A stretch of DNA of 64,000 nt from Candidatus Omnitrophota bacterium (GTDB lineage Bacteria > Omnitrophota > Gorgyraeia > Zapsychrales > Fredricksoniimonadaceae), in assembly GCA_015233675.1 (NCBI GenBank), contig JADFXH010000007.1, forward strand, positions 44,162 to 108,161, in the 5' to 3' direction. A program made the translations under genes and the position numbers. Position 1 is the first letter of the stretch; every line of letters starts with the position of its first letter. Positions 46,382 through 55,612 of this stretch are shown piece after piece. The notes beneath the pieces are model-generated. The model saw nothing but the letters and a program-made list of their open reading frames with translations. It searched no databases and was not told the DNA's origin.

Positions 46382-47140
46382 TTATCTTCGCCCTGAAAGA
46401 ATTGCCAGAACTTTTTTAATCCAATTTCCGCCCTTGTCTTTCTCATCAGCAGTCCTGTGGCAGCCCTCATCATTAGCTTCATTAAAATTCTTCCAAACGG
46501 ATATATTCGCCACAACATCCTGATCAAGGGCAATGCTTGATCCCTCGCATTCAATAACATATGTCGGATAATTCTGATGAAGCTTGACAATGACACCGGG
46601 GCGTATGCATAACCCATCGAGTTTGTGGATCTGCTGGTCGTTCTTACAATTAATATAAGCGATCCGGGCCGATTCTCCAAGCTTAATATCAGACAAAGGA
46701 ATTATGAAACTGGAAGCGCTCTTCATGGCCTGCCGGCAGCACTCACCCTCCGGTATAGGCATGCCGTGAGGGCATTCCTTAGGGTGTCCCAGAAGCGTAC
46801 AAATGCCGTTAACAAGCTCAAGTGAAACCGTATGCTCGAATTCACACGCTATCTGTTCAAGGTCTCCCCCGCCTAAAACATCGGCAACAAGCCGCTCCGC
46901 GAGCCGATGCGCCCTGATCAACTGACGGGCCCTTGCTTCGCCATCGGCTGTAAGTTTAATAATAGAGTCCTCTGGGTTTTGCTCAAGCATGCCTAGCAAA
47001 GAAAGCTCATTAATGATTTTGGAATCAAAAGAACGCTTCATGGTTTTCTTCAAAAAATCCAGCGAAGTCTCACCCTGCTCTTTCATATACCAGAGCTGCT
47101 CAATATGTTCGTCTTGTTCAACATTTCTTTCTATAGCCAT
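46382..47140 (-). CDS. DtxR/IdeR-family metal-dependent regulator with C-terminal FeoA/SH3-like domain
   Basis: A winged-helix N-terminus is followed by the LIRAHRLAERLVADVLG dimerisation/metal helix and EFEHTVS...HPKECPHGMPIP metal-site residues. The C-terminal FeoA-like region is LSDIKLGESARIAYI...GVIVKLHQ...IECEGSSIALD. Confidence 0.7.
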   Translation of the reverse strand: MAIERNVEQDEHIEQLWYMKEQGETSLDFLKKTMKRSFDSKIINELSLLGMLEQNPEDSIIKLTADGEARARQLIRAHRLAERLVADVLGGGDLEQIACEFEHTVSLELVNGICTLLGHPKECPHGMPIPEGECCRQAMKSASSFIIPLSDIKLGESARIAYINCKNDQQIHKLDGLCIRPGVIVKLHQNYPTYVIECEGSSIALDQDVVANISVWKNFNEANDEGCHRTADEKDKGGNWIKKVLAILSGRR

Positions 47141-48000
47141 ACCCGCTCCACCACTTTCCCGGCGCCCAAAGCTAAAACGCCATACAACATCAAGGCCAGC
47201 ACTGATGGCGATGATGAAATCTTCATTCTGAATGCTCCCAAAAATGCCAGAGGCTGATAATAAAAAGTTTTCTGAAAATTTGACCCCTTAAAACTTTGGC
47301 GCGGCAAAGCATCTATGTCGTTCAACCATGCTTTCCAGCGGGACTTCTCGGCGACAGTCAGCATCTGGACTTGTTGAGGCTTCTCAAATTGCACCACCTT
47401 GGCCTTCCAACCGTCAGTCAAAAGCAGCTCATCCTGCATGGGAAGATGATCTTCTGTCAAACCCTTAACAAATATCCGGCTCTCATAATCCGTAATCAGC
47501 GCTGTGGTTTTATCGAGCTTCACCGCGAAAGCTGTCCCCCTGACGCCGGCAATAGCGACAGGTGTACGCACCTTGAAGGTCGAGCCTTTCTCAAGATTAT
47601 CAAGTTTTAGCTTGATCTCGCCCTTATCCATAAAAAGTGTCGTGTCCTTCTGGATCCTGTTGCTTTCAAAAAATACCCGCGTATCGGCACCGATACGCAT
47701 GATATCTTTATAAACATCATCATAAGCGACTTCGACATAAGCACCCTTGCTTGTCGTGATTTCATCCTGCGGGTTTAAGAGCATGCCGGCACTTAGAACT
47801 ATCGCCTCCCCGCCGCGCTTAACAACGACACCGCCTTCGAAACGTACGATACGCGCGCGATCAGGGGTTTCGCTGGCCAAAAAATTGACCGCCAGAAGGA
47901 TTGCCAAGAGCGCCCCACCGGCCATTAAAATATGGGTAGAATTTGACGTATAACGTGCAATAAAATTAAAAACGATTTGTTTTTCAGAAGTCCAGCGCAT
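47131..48000 (-). CDS. membrane-anchored FecR-domain protein
   Basis: An N-terminal TM (ILMAGGALLAILLAVNFLA) is followed by VRFEGGVVVKRGGEAIVLSAGMLLNPQDEITTSKGAYVEVAYDD, a beta-rich FecR-type pattern. It overlaps the regulator gene by 10 nt. Confidence 0.5.
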   Translation of the reverse strand: MRWTSEKQIVFNFIARYTSNSTHILMAGGALLAILLAVNFLASETPDRARIVRFEGGVVVKRGGEAIVLSAGMLLNPQDEITTSKGAYVEVAYDDVYKDIMRIGADTRVFFESNRIQKDTTLFMDKGEIKLKLDNLEKGSTFKVRTPVAIAGVRGTAFAVKLDKTTALITDYESRIFVKGLTEDHLPMQDELLLTDGWKAKVVQFEKPQQVQMLTVAEKSRWKAWLNDIDALPRQSFKGSNFQKTFYYQPLAFLGAFRMKISSSPSVLALMLYGVLALGAGKVVERVWL

Positions 48001-48012
48001 TATACTCCTACA

Positions 48013-49977
48013 TTAGTGAGGCATCGTTAAAACTAGCAGCCAGTTAAGAGCTCCTGCCAGGATGAACGATGAGATAAAAATCAACGCCGCCATCGCCATC
48101 GCGGTTTTAAATCCCATCTCCCTGCCGATCGCGGTAACATTCGCCACACAAGGGAAAGAAATCGTTGTCACAACCACAGCAACAATAGACTGGACATAAT
48201 TCAATGACCCCGCATTCACCATCTTAAGGATAAGACCGGCGGCCGCTTCACGCCGGGCAAACGCAAGCAAGAAAACATCGACAATATCCTTAGGCAAACC
48301 CATCCAACCAACGATAAGAGGCGTCAACAGCTGTTTGATCAGATTCAACAAACCGGTCTTTTGAAAAGCAAAAAGACCGGCCGCAGATAACAAAAAAATC
48401 GGCAGGGCTTCCTGAAGAAAATCAGCAACGCGGTGGTAGGTTTTACGAAAAACCGCCTTTAAGCTTGGAAATCGCATTGGCGGGATCACCTGGATAAAAG
48501 AGCTTGCTTCTTTACTTTTGATCATCTTATTGAGGATTATCCCGGCCCCCATCTCGCAGAAGCCCAACATCGCAAAAACAATCAAAAAAGCGCTGATCCC
48601 CACCTTTGCAAGAATGGCCATGGAAATACCCAACTGCGCGGAACAAGGAATGGCAAACGCGATCAGGAAAACTGCAATGAACTTCTCCTTGGGAATCGTC
48701 AAGCTGCGCGCGCTCAAAGTCGCCATCGTCTTACAACCGAATCCCAAAACCAGCGAGGTGACCGCATTGCCCGGAATCCCAATCTTCGCAAAAATCCTTT
48801 TGGAAAAAACTGTAAAATTCGTAATATACCCGCTGTCTTCAAAACAACCAAAAATAAAAAAGAACACAGATAGAATAGGAAGTACGGTGCCTATGGCGTT
48901 AAAAAGACCAAGCGTTAATATGCCGTAGTCGCCGATCAAAAGGTCTTTCCAAAACGGCGGCAGGGTTAATTTTGATATCAAACTGGTCACTGGAAAAACG
49001 AGGAAGAAATCGATGAATTTATCGAGCGCTCCCGATACATAAACAACACTTAAATAAACGACAGCCATGAAAGCCAAAAAAATCGGTATCCCTAAAACAG
49101 GATCACGGCTGGCCCTTGTAAAATGATAAGAAAATCCCTGATACGTCATTTTCTGTTTCTTGATGACAGCCGCAGAAATTTGATCGACCCAACGGCTGCG
49201 CCTTTCGATGAAAACTTGATGAATATTCCCCTTCATCTGCCGCCGCACCTTGTTTGTTTCCTGACGTATAAGAGCGGCCCTTGGACTTCCAAATCTTTTT
49301 TCCAAAAACTTTTCGACGAATGGATCAGTCAACAGAAGCAGACTCGCGATTTTATATTTGAATTCCAAATCAAAAGGCAATTCCGCCGCCAACGCAATGA
49401 TGCATTTCTCTATCGCCAAACCATACTTAAGATCAAGAGACCCTTTGCGCGCGTGGCCTATGGCTTCTTTGATTTTCTCTTTGCCCAATCCGCGTGACGC
49501 TATTGATTCAACCACCGGTACGCCAATAATCCGCTCAAGGGCTTCGGAGTCGATCCAGATCCCCTTACGCGCCGTCTCATCCATGGAGTTAAGGACAATG
49601 ACCATCGGGGTCTCCAGTTCCAAGAGTTCGGCGGTCAACAGCAAAGATTGTTTATACTGGCTGGCATCAATGCATTGAAGAATAACATCCGGCGCCTCTG
49701 CTAAAATCATGTCACGGACCGCAATTTCTTCTTCGGAATGAATATAAAGGCAGTGCAGGCCGGGCGTATCGATGATCTCGTAATACTTATCTTTAATCCG
49801 TGTCAGTGACCGCCTCATTTCAACGGTCGTGCCGGGATAGTTGGCGACAATGTTATACTCGCCGGTTAAATTATTGAAAATCTGTGTTTTTCCTGTATTG
49901 GGAATCCCGATGATAGCGACCTTCTTCACCTTCGTCGCCTCGGGAACAGTAAGAATGGGGGGCTGGTTACTTTCCAT
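48013..49977 (-). CDS. feoB: ferrous iron transporter FeoB
   Basis: The N-terminal G-domain has IIGIPNTGKTQIFNNLTG (G1), DTPG (G3) and NSMD (G4). It is followed by the polytopic gate/permease domain. Confidence 0.85.
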   Translation of the reverse strand: MESNQPPILTVPEATKVKKVAIIGIPNTGKTQIFNNLTGEYNIVANYPGTTVEMRRSLTRIKDKYYEIIDTPGLHCLYIHSEEEIAVRDMILAEAPDVILQCIDASQYKQSLLLTAELLELETPMVIVLNSMDETARKGIWIDSEALERIIGVPVVESIASRGLGKEKIKEAIGHARKGSLDLKYGLAIEKCIIALAAELPFDLEFKYKIASLLLLTDPFVEKFLEKRFGSPRAALIRQETNKVRRQMKGNIHQVFIERRSRWVDQISAAVIKKQKMTYQGFSYHFTRASRDPVLGIPIFLAFMAVVYLSVVYVSGALDKFIDFFLVFPVTSLISKLTLPPFWKDLLIGDYGILTLGLFNAIGTVLPILSVFFFIFGCFEDSGYITNFTVFSKRIFAKIGIPGNAVTSLVLGFGCKTMATLSARSLTIPKEKFIAVFLIAFAIPCSAQLGISMAILAKVGISAFLIVFAMLGFCEMGAGIILNKMIKSKEASSFIQVIPPMRFPSLKAVFRKTYHRVADFLQEALPIFLLSAAGLFAFQKTGLLNLIKQLLTPLIVGWMGLPKDIVDVFLLAFARREAAAGLILKMVNAGSLNYVQSIVAVVVTTISFPCVANVTAIGREMGFKTAMAMAALIFISSFILAGALNWLLVLTMPH

Positions 49978-50000
49978 AGGGCTGCGGTAATTCTGTTATA

Positions 50001-50058
50001 GATTCCCGCTTTCGCGGGAATGACATAAGCTTCTTAAGAATGACATACTACTTATGTC
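50001..50058. repeat. nested palindromic units (GTCAT-type family) between the feoB start and the upstream stop
   Basis: The minus strand contains GTCATTCCCGCGAAAGCGGGAATC (8-bp hairpin ATTCCCGC/GCGGGAAT) and GTCATTCTTAAGAAG. In addition, GACATAAG (50022-50029) pairs with CTTATGTC (50051-50058). Confidence 0.6.
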
Positions 50059-50845
50059 CTCCGAATAGCATCTTGGGAAAAAGGGATTCACTGTGGGGCT
50101 TATCCTTTGTTTTCCCTGAGTGATGCTTGTCATCGGTTGCTTCTGAATCGGTCATATCCGAATCAATCATTACAGTCTTAATGGGACCATCAGCCCCTTC
50201 GGATTTTTCATCCTTATCGGCTTCTTCAATATTTTCTTGAATTCCCGGCACAGCTTCTTGAGGGGCAGGTGCTGGCGGCTGCTCTGGCGTCCGTGAAAAA
50301 TATTTCTTTGTCTTATCAACGCCGACCCCGCGCAAATGAAACGTGATCGTAAAATCTTTCCATTCGAACACGCGGTCGAGCTCGGCTTTAATGACTTGCT
50401 CAATCTCATTTAATTCCTCATAAATCGAGGAAACACCATCTAAACCAATGGCAATTGAAATCTCAACATCCTTTTTGCCTTTATGTTCAAATTCAATGCT
50501 AACATCAGAAGCGCACGGGCTCTGCTCAATAATCTGCAGGATAAAACTCCTGACCGCCTTTTCAGGGATACTCAAAGGCTTGCCGTCTTTTTCAACCTCG
50601 ATCACATGAGGCGCGGGTCTGGTCCTCGCAGAGAAGATCAAAAGGATAAATCCTAAAACAACAAAAAAAGCCCCCACCCCGGCAATAGTCGTGAGTGATC
50701 TCGGAGTTGCCATTAAATTGTTATAAAATTCCAGCAGCTTTTCAGAAGGCAGACGCCCCAGACCAACAGCAACAAGGACAAGGCCTTCCAACATGCACAA
50801 CGCCGCGGCGACCATCATAAACACTTTTATAAAAAATGATTTCAT
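50048..50845 (-). CDS. 2-TM membrane protein with Asp23/AmaP-like core and acidic tail
   Basis: The start was moved to the ATG at 50845 (MKSFFIKVFMMVAAALC), with AGGAGGA upstream. The track extension reads through the hairpin repeat. The C-terminal tail is Asp/Glu/Lys-rich. Confidence 0.45.
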   Translation of the reverse strand: MKSFFIKVFMMVAAALCMLEGLVLVAVGLGRLPSEKLLEFYNNLMATPRSLTTIAGVGAFFVVLGFILLIFSARTRPAPHVIEVEKDGKPLSIPEKAVRSFILQIIEQSPCASDVSIEFEHKGKKDVEISIAIGLDGVSSIYEELNEIEQVIKAELDRVFEWKDFTITFHLRGVGVDKTKKYFSRTPEQPPAPAPQEAVPGIQENIEEADKDEKSEGADGPIKTVMIDSDMTDSEATDDKHHSGKTKDKPHSESLFPKMLFGGHK

Positions 50846-50886
50846 TTCAACACCCATCCTCCTATAAATAACCATTTTGTATGTCC

Positions 50887-50906
50887 CCTCCCCCTCAAGG
50901 GGGAGG
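50887..50906. repeat. CCTCCCCC-TCAA-GGGGGAGG hairpin repeat
   Basis: Perfect 8-bp GC stem with a 4-nt loop, followed by the AATAAAAATC tail shared with the copies at 3252 and 34788. It is intergenic. Confidence 0.75.
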
Positions 50907-50915
50907 AATAAAAAT

Positions 50916-51257
50916 CTACAAATTAAACAACAAATCACGGCACGAAGGAGGTATCCTTAATTTCCCATACCTGCTCTCGACCCTCACCTCTATGGCCTTT
51001 GCCATATTCTTAAGATCTTCTTTAATCTGATTTGTTTTGCCAGACCCCAGCTTGATCTGGGTCCCCAAAGACATGATCCTTACCGTCTCGGAAAATGTCA
51101 TTGCATCACAAATACGATTAATGTCCTCTTTCATGACGGACTCAATGTCAATGCCGTTTAATTCCTTGGCAATCGAGGAGCCCTTATCAAGCCGGCTTAT
51201 CCCTTCGCGAGCGGCATTGGTCAAAAAAGAAGCCATTTGTTCTTTAATATATGACAT
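50916..51257 (-). CDS. hypothetical soluble protein (cluster-specific)
   Basis: The start was moved to the ATG at 51257 (MSYIKEQMASF...), 1 nt after the stop of the upstream PDZ gene. No family was recognised. Confidence 0.4.
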   Translation of the reverse strand: MSYIKEQMASFLTNAAREGISRLDKGSSIAKELNGIDIESVMKEDINRICDAMTFSETVRIMSLGTQIKLGSGKTNQIKEDLKNMAKAIEVRVESRYGKLRIPPSCRDLLFNL

Positions 51258-51258
51258 T

Positions 51259-51813
51259 TTACTTATTAGGCTGAATCGGTAAAAACCCTTCCATCTCTCC
51301 TTCACCGATAAAAATAATACCCTGTTTCTTGCGCAAGCCCCGCATATAGGTTATCTTCGCATCTTTTTCCGGAGGAGCCTTGGCCAAAAGATCCTGGAAC
51401 TGCTGTAAACCGGTAATATCCTTGGTATTAAAGTTCAGAATGACATCGCCTTCTTTTAGTCCGGCCTTATCCGCCCATGAGTTACCCATGACACCCGTGA
51501 TCTTGACTTTGCCGCCGCCAACCTGGATTGCCTCAACACCCATGATTTTAATGAGCACCGGCGCATCCTGCCCTTGAGCAATTGGCGGTGCCCCGGGCAT
51601 TACCACCTGCTGTAATGCGCCCTGGTTGGAATAATATCCCTGTCCACTGCCGGGTACCGGACAATATGCACTCTGTTTAAACATATCCGATGTCCTGATT
51701 TCATGCAGAGCATCTTGGGCTGTATCCTGCACAGCGTTATTAGTAAATAACGCGATAAGGATCATAACAAAAAACGCCCCGGCGCATATACTAATAATAA
51801 GTTCTTTTTTCAT
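51259..51813 (-). CDS. membrane-anchored PDZ-domain protein
   Basis: The ATG at 51813 has AAAGGA 6 nt upstream. An N-terminal TM (ISICAGAFFVMILIALF) is followed by the PDZ core GVEAIQVGGGKVKITGVMGNSWADKAGLKEGDVILNFN. Confidence 0.6.
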   Translation of the reverse strand: MKKELIISICAGAFFVMILIALFTNNAVQDTAQDALHEIRTSDMFKQSAYCPVPGSGQGYYSNQGALQQVVMPGAPPIAQGQDAPVLIKIMGVEAIQVGGGKVKITGVMGNSWADKAGLKEGDVILNFNTKDITGLQQFQDLLAKAPPEKDAKITYMRGLRKKQGIIFIGEGEMEGFLPIQPNK

Positions 51814-51823
51814 TGGGAGTCCT

Positions 51824-52864
51824 TTACACAAAAAATAATTTAACCGCTAGTATCACAAGAATAACTACAAAAAGGTAAAGCGTTACTTTTGTATTCAACT
51901 TGGGCGCAATGCGCGCCCCTGCCTGCGCTCCGACGATGACACCAATCCCCATCCACATGGCCTCTGCATAACAGACATTTCCCAGAAACACATGCGGCAA
52001 AAGCGCGATGGCGCACGTCAGAAGCGTCACAAAATGGCTCGTCGCTGTCGCGACATGCGACGGATATCTCAAAAGAAAAATCAAAATCGGCACTTGGAAC
52101 ACGCCGCCGCCAATACCCAGAAACCCGCATAAGAATCCCAACAAAAGGTTCATTGAGATACCAAGCTTATCATTCGAATAATAATCATACTTGACGCCAA
52201 AGCTGTCCATAAATCTTACCCTGCGGTGTCCTGCGGCCTTGGCTTCCTTAAGCAAAACCTGTTGCTGCTCATCTGTTTTGTCAACCCTGCCGACACTCAT
52301 GATGGTATACACAGCCAAAAAGATCAGAAAAACGCCGAAGACTTCATTGAAAAACGTCAAATTGATCAGGTGATGCGTAAAGCTGGAGATAAGCGCCCCG
52401 GGCATGGCGGCAAGAGTGAATTGTATGCCGCCTTTATAATCGATCCTTTTTTGCATGGCATAACCGACACAACCAGACCCTGCATTTAAAAAAACGATAA
52501 AGAGCGATGTGGCTACCAGAAGTTCATTTTCCCAACCGAAAAATAAGACCAGCAACGGAAGAATAATAGGGCCTCCGCCAATCCCAACGATAGTTCCATA
52601 GCAGCCGACAATAAGACCGCTCACAAGCAAAAGCCACGCCGGTTGATCAGGAATAGCCGCAGGTGTATTAACTGCCCCTGCCTGCGGGAGAGCGGCCAGC
52701 ATTGACGGCTGTCCTGAAAAAGGAACCTGCATCGACTGCGGGGTCGGAGCCGCTGTTTTAGACGGAAGGAACATCGCAGCAAAAATCACAAGTACTATCG
52801 CGATAACAAGCCCTATCTTAAGATAACTCATCCAATTATAAACAGTTTCATTTTTATTGAACAT
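51824..52864 (-). CDS. mamO: TauE/SafE-family anion permease (MamO C-terminal-domain type)
   Basis: 346 aa with two internal repeats of 4 TM, carrying GIGGGPIILPLLV and GIGGGVFQVPILI motifs typical of TauE. Its position in the cluster matches the split mamO-Cter of deep-branching clusters. Confidence 0.5.
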   Translation of the reverse strand: MFNKNETVYNWMSYLKIGLVIAIVLVIFAAMFLPSKTAAPTPQSMQVPFSGQPSMLAALPQAGAVNTPAAIPDQPAWLLLVSGLIVGCYGTIVGIGGGPIILPLLVLFFGWENELLVATSLFIVFLNAGSGCVGYAMQKRIDYKGGIQFTLAAMPGALISSFTHHLINLTFFNEVFGVFLIFLAVYTIMSVGRVDKTDEQQQVLLKEAKAAGHRRVRFMDSFGVKYDYYSNDKLGISMNLLLGFLCGFLGIGGGVFQVPILIFLLRYPSHVATATSHFVTLLTCAIALLPHVFLGNVCYAEAMWMGIGVIVGAQAGARIAPKLNTKVTLYLFVVILVILAVKLFFV

Positions 52865-52885
52865 TTCTTATCCTTTTCCCTCTTG

Positions 52886-52906
52886 CCCCTCCCTCAAGGG
52901 GAGGGG
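52886..52906. repeat. CCCCTCCC-loop-GGGAGGGG hairpin repeat
   Basis: 8-bp GC stem (52886-52893 pairs with 52899-52906), intergenic between the PDZ-permease gene and the TauE gene. Confidence 0.7.
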
Positions 52907-52918
52907 GCATAAATCCCC

Positions 52919-54721
52919 TTACGGAAGCATGCTTAAAAATATCAGGTAAATAGTCCCAATTGCAAGGACCATAAGAGCGACCGGGAATCCCCGGCGGCTG
53001 TAATTTGCAAAGGTCAAACCTTCATTCTTCTTGGGGTTTATCCCCAACTCCTCTACAAGAGTCTGAGAGACGATCCCTGCACTTGCCCCAGAAATGCAAG
53101 CACAAGCCCCGGCGATGGACCCAAGATTCAAGGCCCACCAGACAACATCCGTAAAATCAGCAAAACCTGAAGAAACAACAATAGGGACCAAAAAAGCCGT
53201 TGCCGGCCCGGAATTCAAAAGCGCCGTTAAAACTGTGGAAATCAGCATTAGAAAAATCGGATACAAAATCTTATTACCCATCGCCATCGTCAGAAGCATA
53301 TTGGAAATGACCTTCAAAAGGCCGGAATATAACGCTCCGCCGACAATAAGAAAAAGCGCGACAAAAAACAATATATCCATCAGGCTTATCTTTTTAATCA
53401 CGTCCCGGGCCTTCTGATTTTCAATAGCGAGCAGTAAAAACCCGCCACCCATCGCAATCGGCGCCAAGTGGACCCTAAACAACGGCAATATTATGAAAGC
53501 GACAAGGACGCATCCAAGAATAAAAAGAACCCTTTTGATCCGCGGCCAATCCATGTGCATATCCCGCAGTTCTTTTTCAACCTTCGAAAGAAAAGCCTTA
53601 TGGAGTTTCACTGACCTGATCTTGTCCTTGTGCCTCAATTCAAAAAACCACAAATACCAAAGGAAAATGGCTAAAAATACGCAACAGATCGGCCCCATGA
53701 CAATCAAAAAATCCAAAAACGATAAGCCAGCGCTTGATGCCATCAGCATGTTCGAAAAATCCCCTATCGGCGTAATGTTCCCACCGATGACTGAAGAAAT
53801 GATCTCAGCAATGACTACTGGAATAACGTCAAAATCCATGCCTCGGGCAGCATACACCGTGATCGGAATAATGACGAGAATGACCGAAATATTGTTCACG
53901 AACGCAGAGGAAATAAAAGTCATGACACACATACTCAAAATTACCTTGATCGAATCGGCTTTGGAGGCAACTATGATCTTCTTGGAAACATATTCAAAAA
54001 CACGCAGGTCTTCCAAAAATATGGTAAAAATGCTCATTCCTATATAAATGAAGATCGGGCTCACCCGAATGGCATCAAAAGCTTCGGACTGGTTGTAAAA
54101 CCCAAAGACCGAACCTGCAACCAGCATCAGTACCGCACCCAGCGTCACGCACACCGTGCGGTTAAAAAGGTTCAAAAAAAGCATGGTAAATGTGACTGCG
54201 ATGATGACCAAGACCACCAAAATATCACGCCCGCTGCCCCCCAAGATGTCGATGCCGGCATTGACAGGGATGGTATCGCTCATGTTTAAAGTCCTACCAT
54301 TACGGGAGATAACAAAGCTGATCTTGTCCCCGGGCTTGCTCTGTGACATAAGATACGCCATATGATTGGCTGACTGGACATCGATGCCGTTGCATTTAAG
54401 GATAACATCCCCGCGCCGAATATCAATGAGCCGGCGGGCAGAGCCTGCAGGCACATTGTTGACAAGGACCCCTGCCACCTGCGGAAGATTAAAGTCCCTC
54501 GCAATGATAGGATTAACGGTAATACCTTCAAATTCAATGGCATTGGTACCCCCCGACTGGGCAAGGCGCGGCGAGCCCCGCTGAGGCATATTCCTGGTAT
54601 CCATAAAAAGCGCGACCAAAACCACAATGACCACTAGGGCGATCGCTGCTTCCATGAACGGAAAATTCTTAAAACGCTTCAATTTGTCTTCGTCCATGGA
54701 TCTTCGGATGTCTAAAGCCAT
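52919..54721 (-). CDS. PDZ domain fused to ArsB/NhaD-type (CitMHS-like) ion permease; MamN-like
   Basis: 600 aa. An N-terminal TM is followed by a PDZ domain (GVLVNNVPAGSARRLIDIRRGDVILKCNGIDV...PGDKISFVISRNG), then about 11 TM spans with the two-fold permease architecture of arsenite/NhaD-type transporters. Confidence 0.55.
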   Translation of the reverse strand: MALDIRRSMDEDKLKRFKNFPFMEAAIALVVIVVLVALFMDTRNMPQRGSPRLAQSGGTNAIEFEGITVNPIIARDFNLPQVAGVLVNNVPAGSARRLIDIRRGDVILKCNGIDVQSANHMAYLMSQSKPGDKISFVISRNGRTLNMSDTIPVNAGIDILGGSGRDILVVLVIIAVTFTMLFLNLFNRTVCVTLGAVLMLVAGSVFGFYNQSEAFDAIRVSPIFIYIGMSIFTIFLEDLRVFEYVSKKIIVASKADSIKVILSMCVMTFISSAFVNNISVILVIIPITVYAARGMDFDVIPVVIAEIISSVIGGNITPIGDFSNMLMASSAGLSFLDFLIVMGPICCVFLAIFLWYLWFFELRHKDKIRSVKLHKAFLSKVEKELRDMHMDWPRIKRVLFILGCVLVAFIILPLFRVHLAPIAMGGGFLLLAIENQKARDVIKKISLMDILFFVALFLIVGGALYSGLLKVISNMLLTMAMGNKILYPIFLMLISTVLTALLNSGPATAFLVPIVVSSGFADFTDVVWWALNLGSIAGACACISGASAGIVSQTLVEELGINPKKNEGLTFANYSRRGFPVALMVLAIGTIYLIFLSMLP

Positions 54722-54736
54722 TATTTTACCCTCTCA

Positions 54737-55600
54737 TCATTTCGTTTGCGTTATCGCAACCTTGGCATTATTAAGCGCAGCCTCATCAATGGACTGGGCA
54801 GATAAAACTGTATCGTCCCTTTTAGGCTTTAAATAGTCCACAGAATCAGGATTGCCGGTCACACGATACGGTATGATATTGCCTTTGGTGACATCTTCGT
54901 CAACCTGTGCGTAATGAAACATTCTCTCTTTGTATCCAAAAAGCCAAGCATAGACACAACCCGGAAAAGTACGCACAGCGGCATGAAAAACACTGGCCGC
55001 CTTGTTGTACTCCATACGGCTGGCGGCAATACGGTCTTCACTAACAATAAGCGCGTCCATCAATTTCTGAAAATTCTGGCTTAATTTAAGGTCAGGATAC
55101 GCCTCAGCAACGGCCAGGAACTTGGATAGGGCATCTTCCATATTGCCCCCCCCATTTGTCGTCTTGGCTAAATCAAGAAGCCCGCCTTTCTTGAGCGTCT
55201 CAATAAGCTCTTCCGTTTTGCCTACGTTCTCTGCGCGCTTGTCTGCCATATACTCATACATCGTCCGTTCATGTTCCGCGTAAGCAATAACCATCCGGGC
55301 AAGATTAACAGCAAGATTTCTTTTTCTCTGTTGCTGCACTTCAATCTGGTGCTGTTCCATTTCCGTGAACCTTGACAGGTTGACGAACTTGTTAAAATAA
55401 TAAATACTGCCTCCGATACAAATGACGGCCGCGGCAAGACCCAGAAAAAGATATTTGTTCTCGAGCTTACTAAAGTTGATCTTGTTCCACCAATGTTTGC
55501 GTACCGGCCTCAACTCTTCAAAATCGCTTGGGAAAAGCCGTTTAACCGTATCTGATATGCGCATACTAATGCTCCCTCTACATGCGGGGCATATATCCAC
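54737..55600 (-). CDS. mamQ: LemA-family membrane protein (MamQ-like)
   Basis: A single TM (LFLGLAAAVICIGGSIYYF) is followed by a LemA-type helical domain (QQQRKRNLAVNLARMVIAYAEHERTMY ... AYPDLKLSQNFQKLMDAL..SEDRIAASRMEYN). It sits between the MamA-like gene and the permease gene. Confidence 0.6.
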   Translation of the reverse strand: MDICPACRGSISMRISDTVKRLFPSDFEELRPVRKHWWNKINFSKLENKYLFLGLAAAVICIGGSIYYFNKFVNLSRFTEMEQHQIEVQQQRKRNLAVNLARMVIAYAEHERTMYEYMADKRAENVGKTEELIETLKKGGLLDLAKTTNGGGNMEDALSKFLAVAEAYPDLKLSQNFQKLMDALIVSEDRIAASRMEYNKAASVFHAAVRTFPGCVYAWLFGYKERMFHYAQVDEDVTKGNIIPYRVTGNPDSVDYLKPKRDDTVLSAQSIDEAALNNAKVAITQTK

Positions 55601-55612
55601 CCGCTACAGTGT

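Noticed and set aside
53493-54047. 184-aa plus-strand ORF inside the PDZ-permease gene
   Set aside because: It is antisense to a 600-aa polytopic permease ORF and no motif was recognised.
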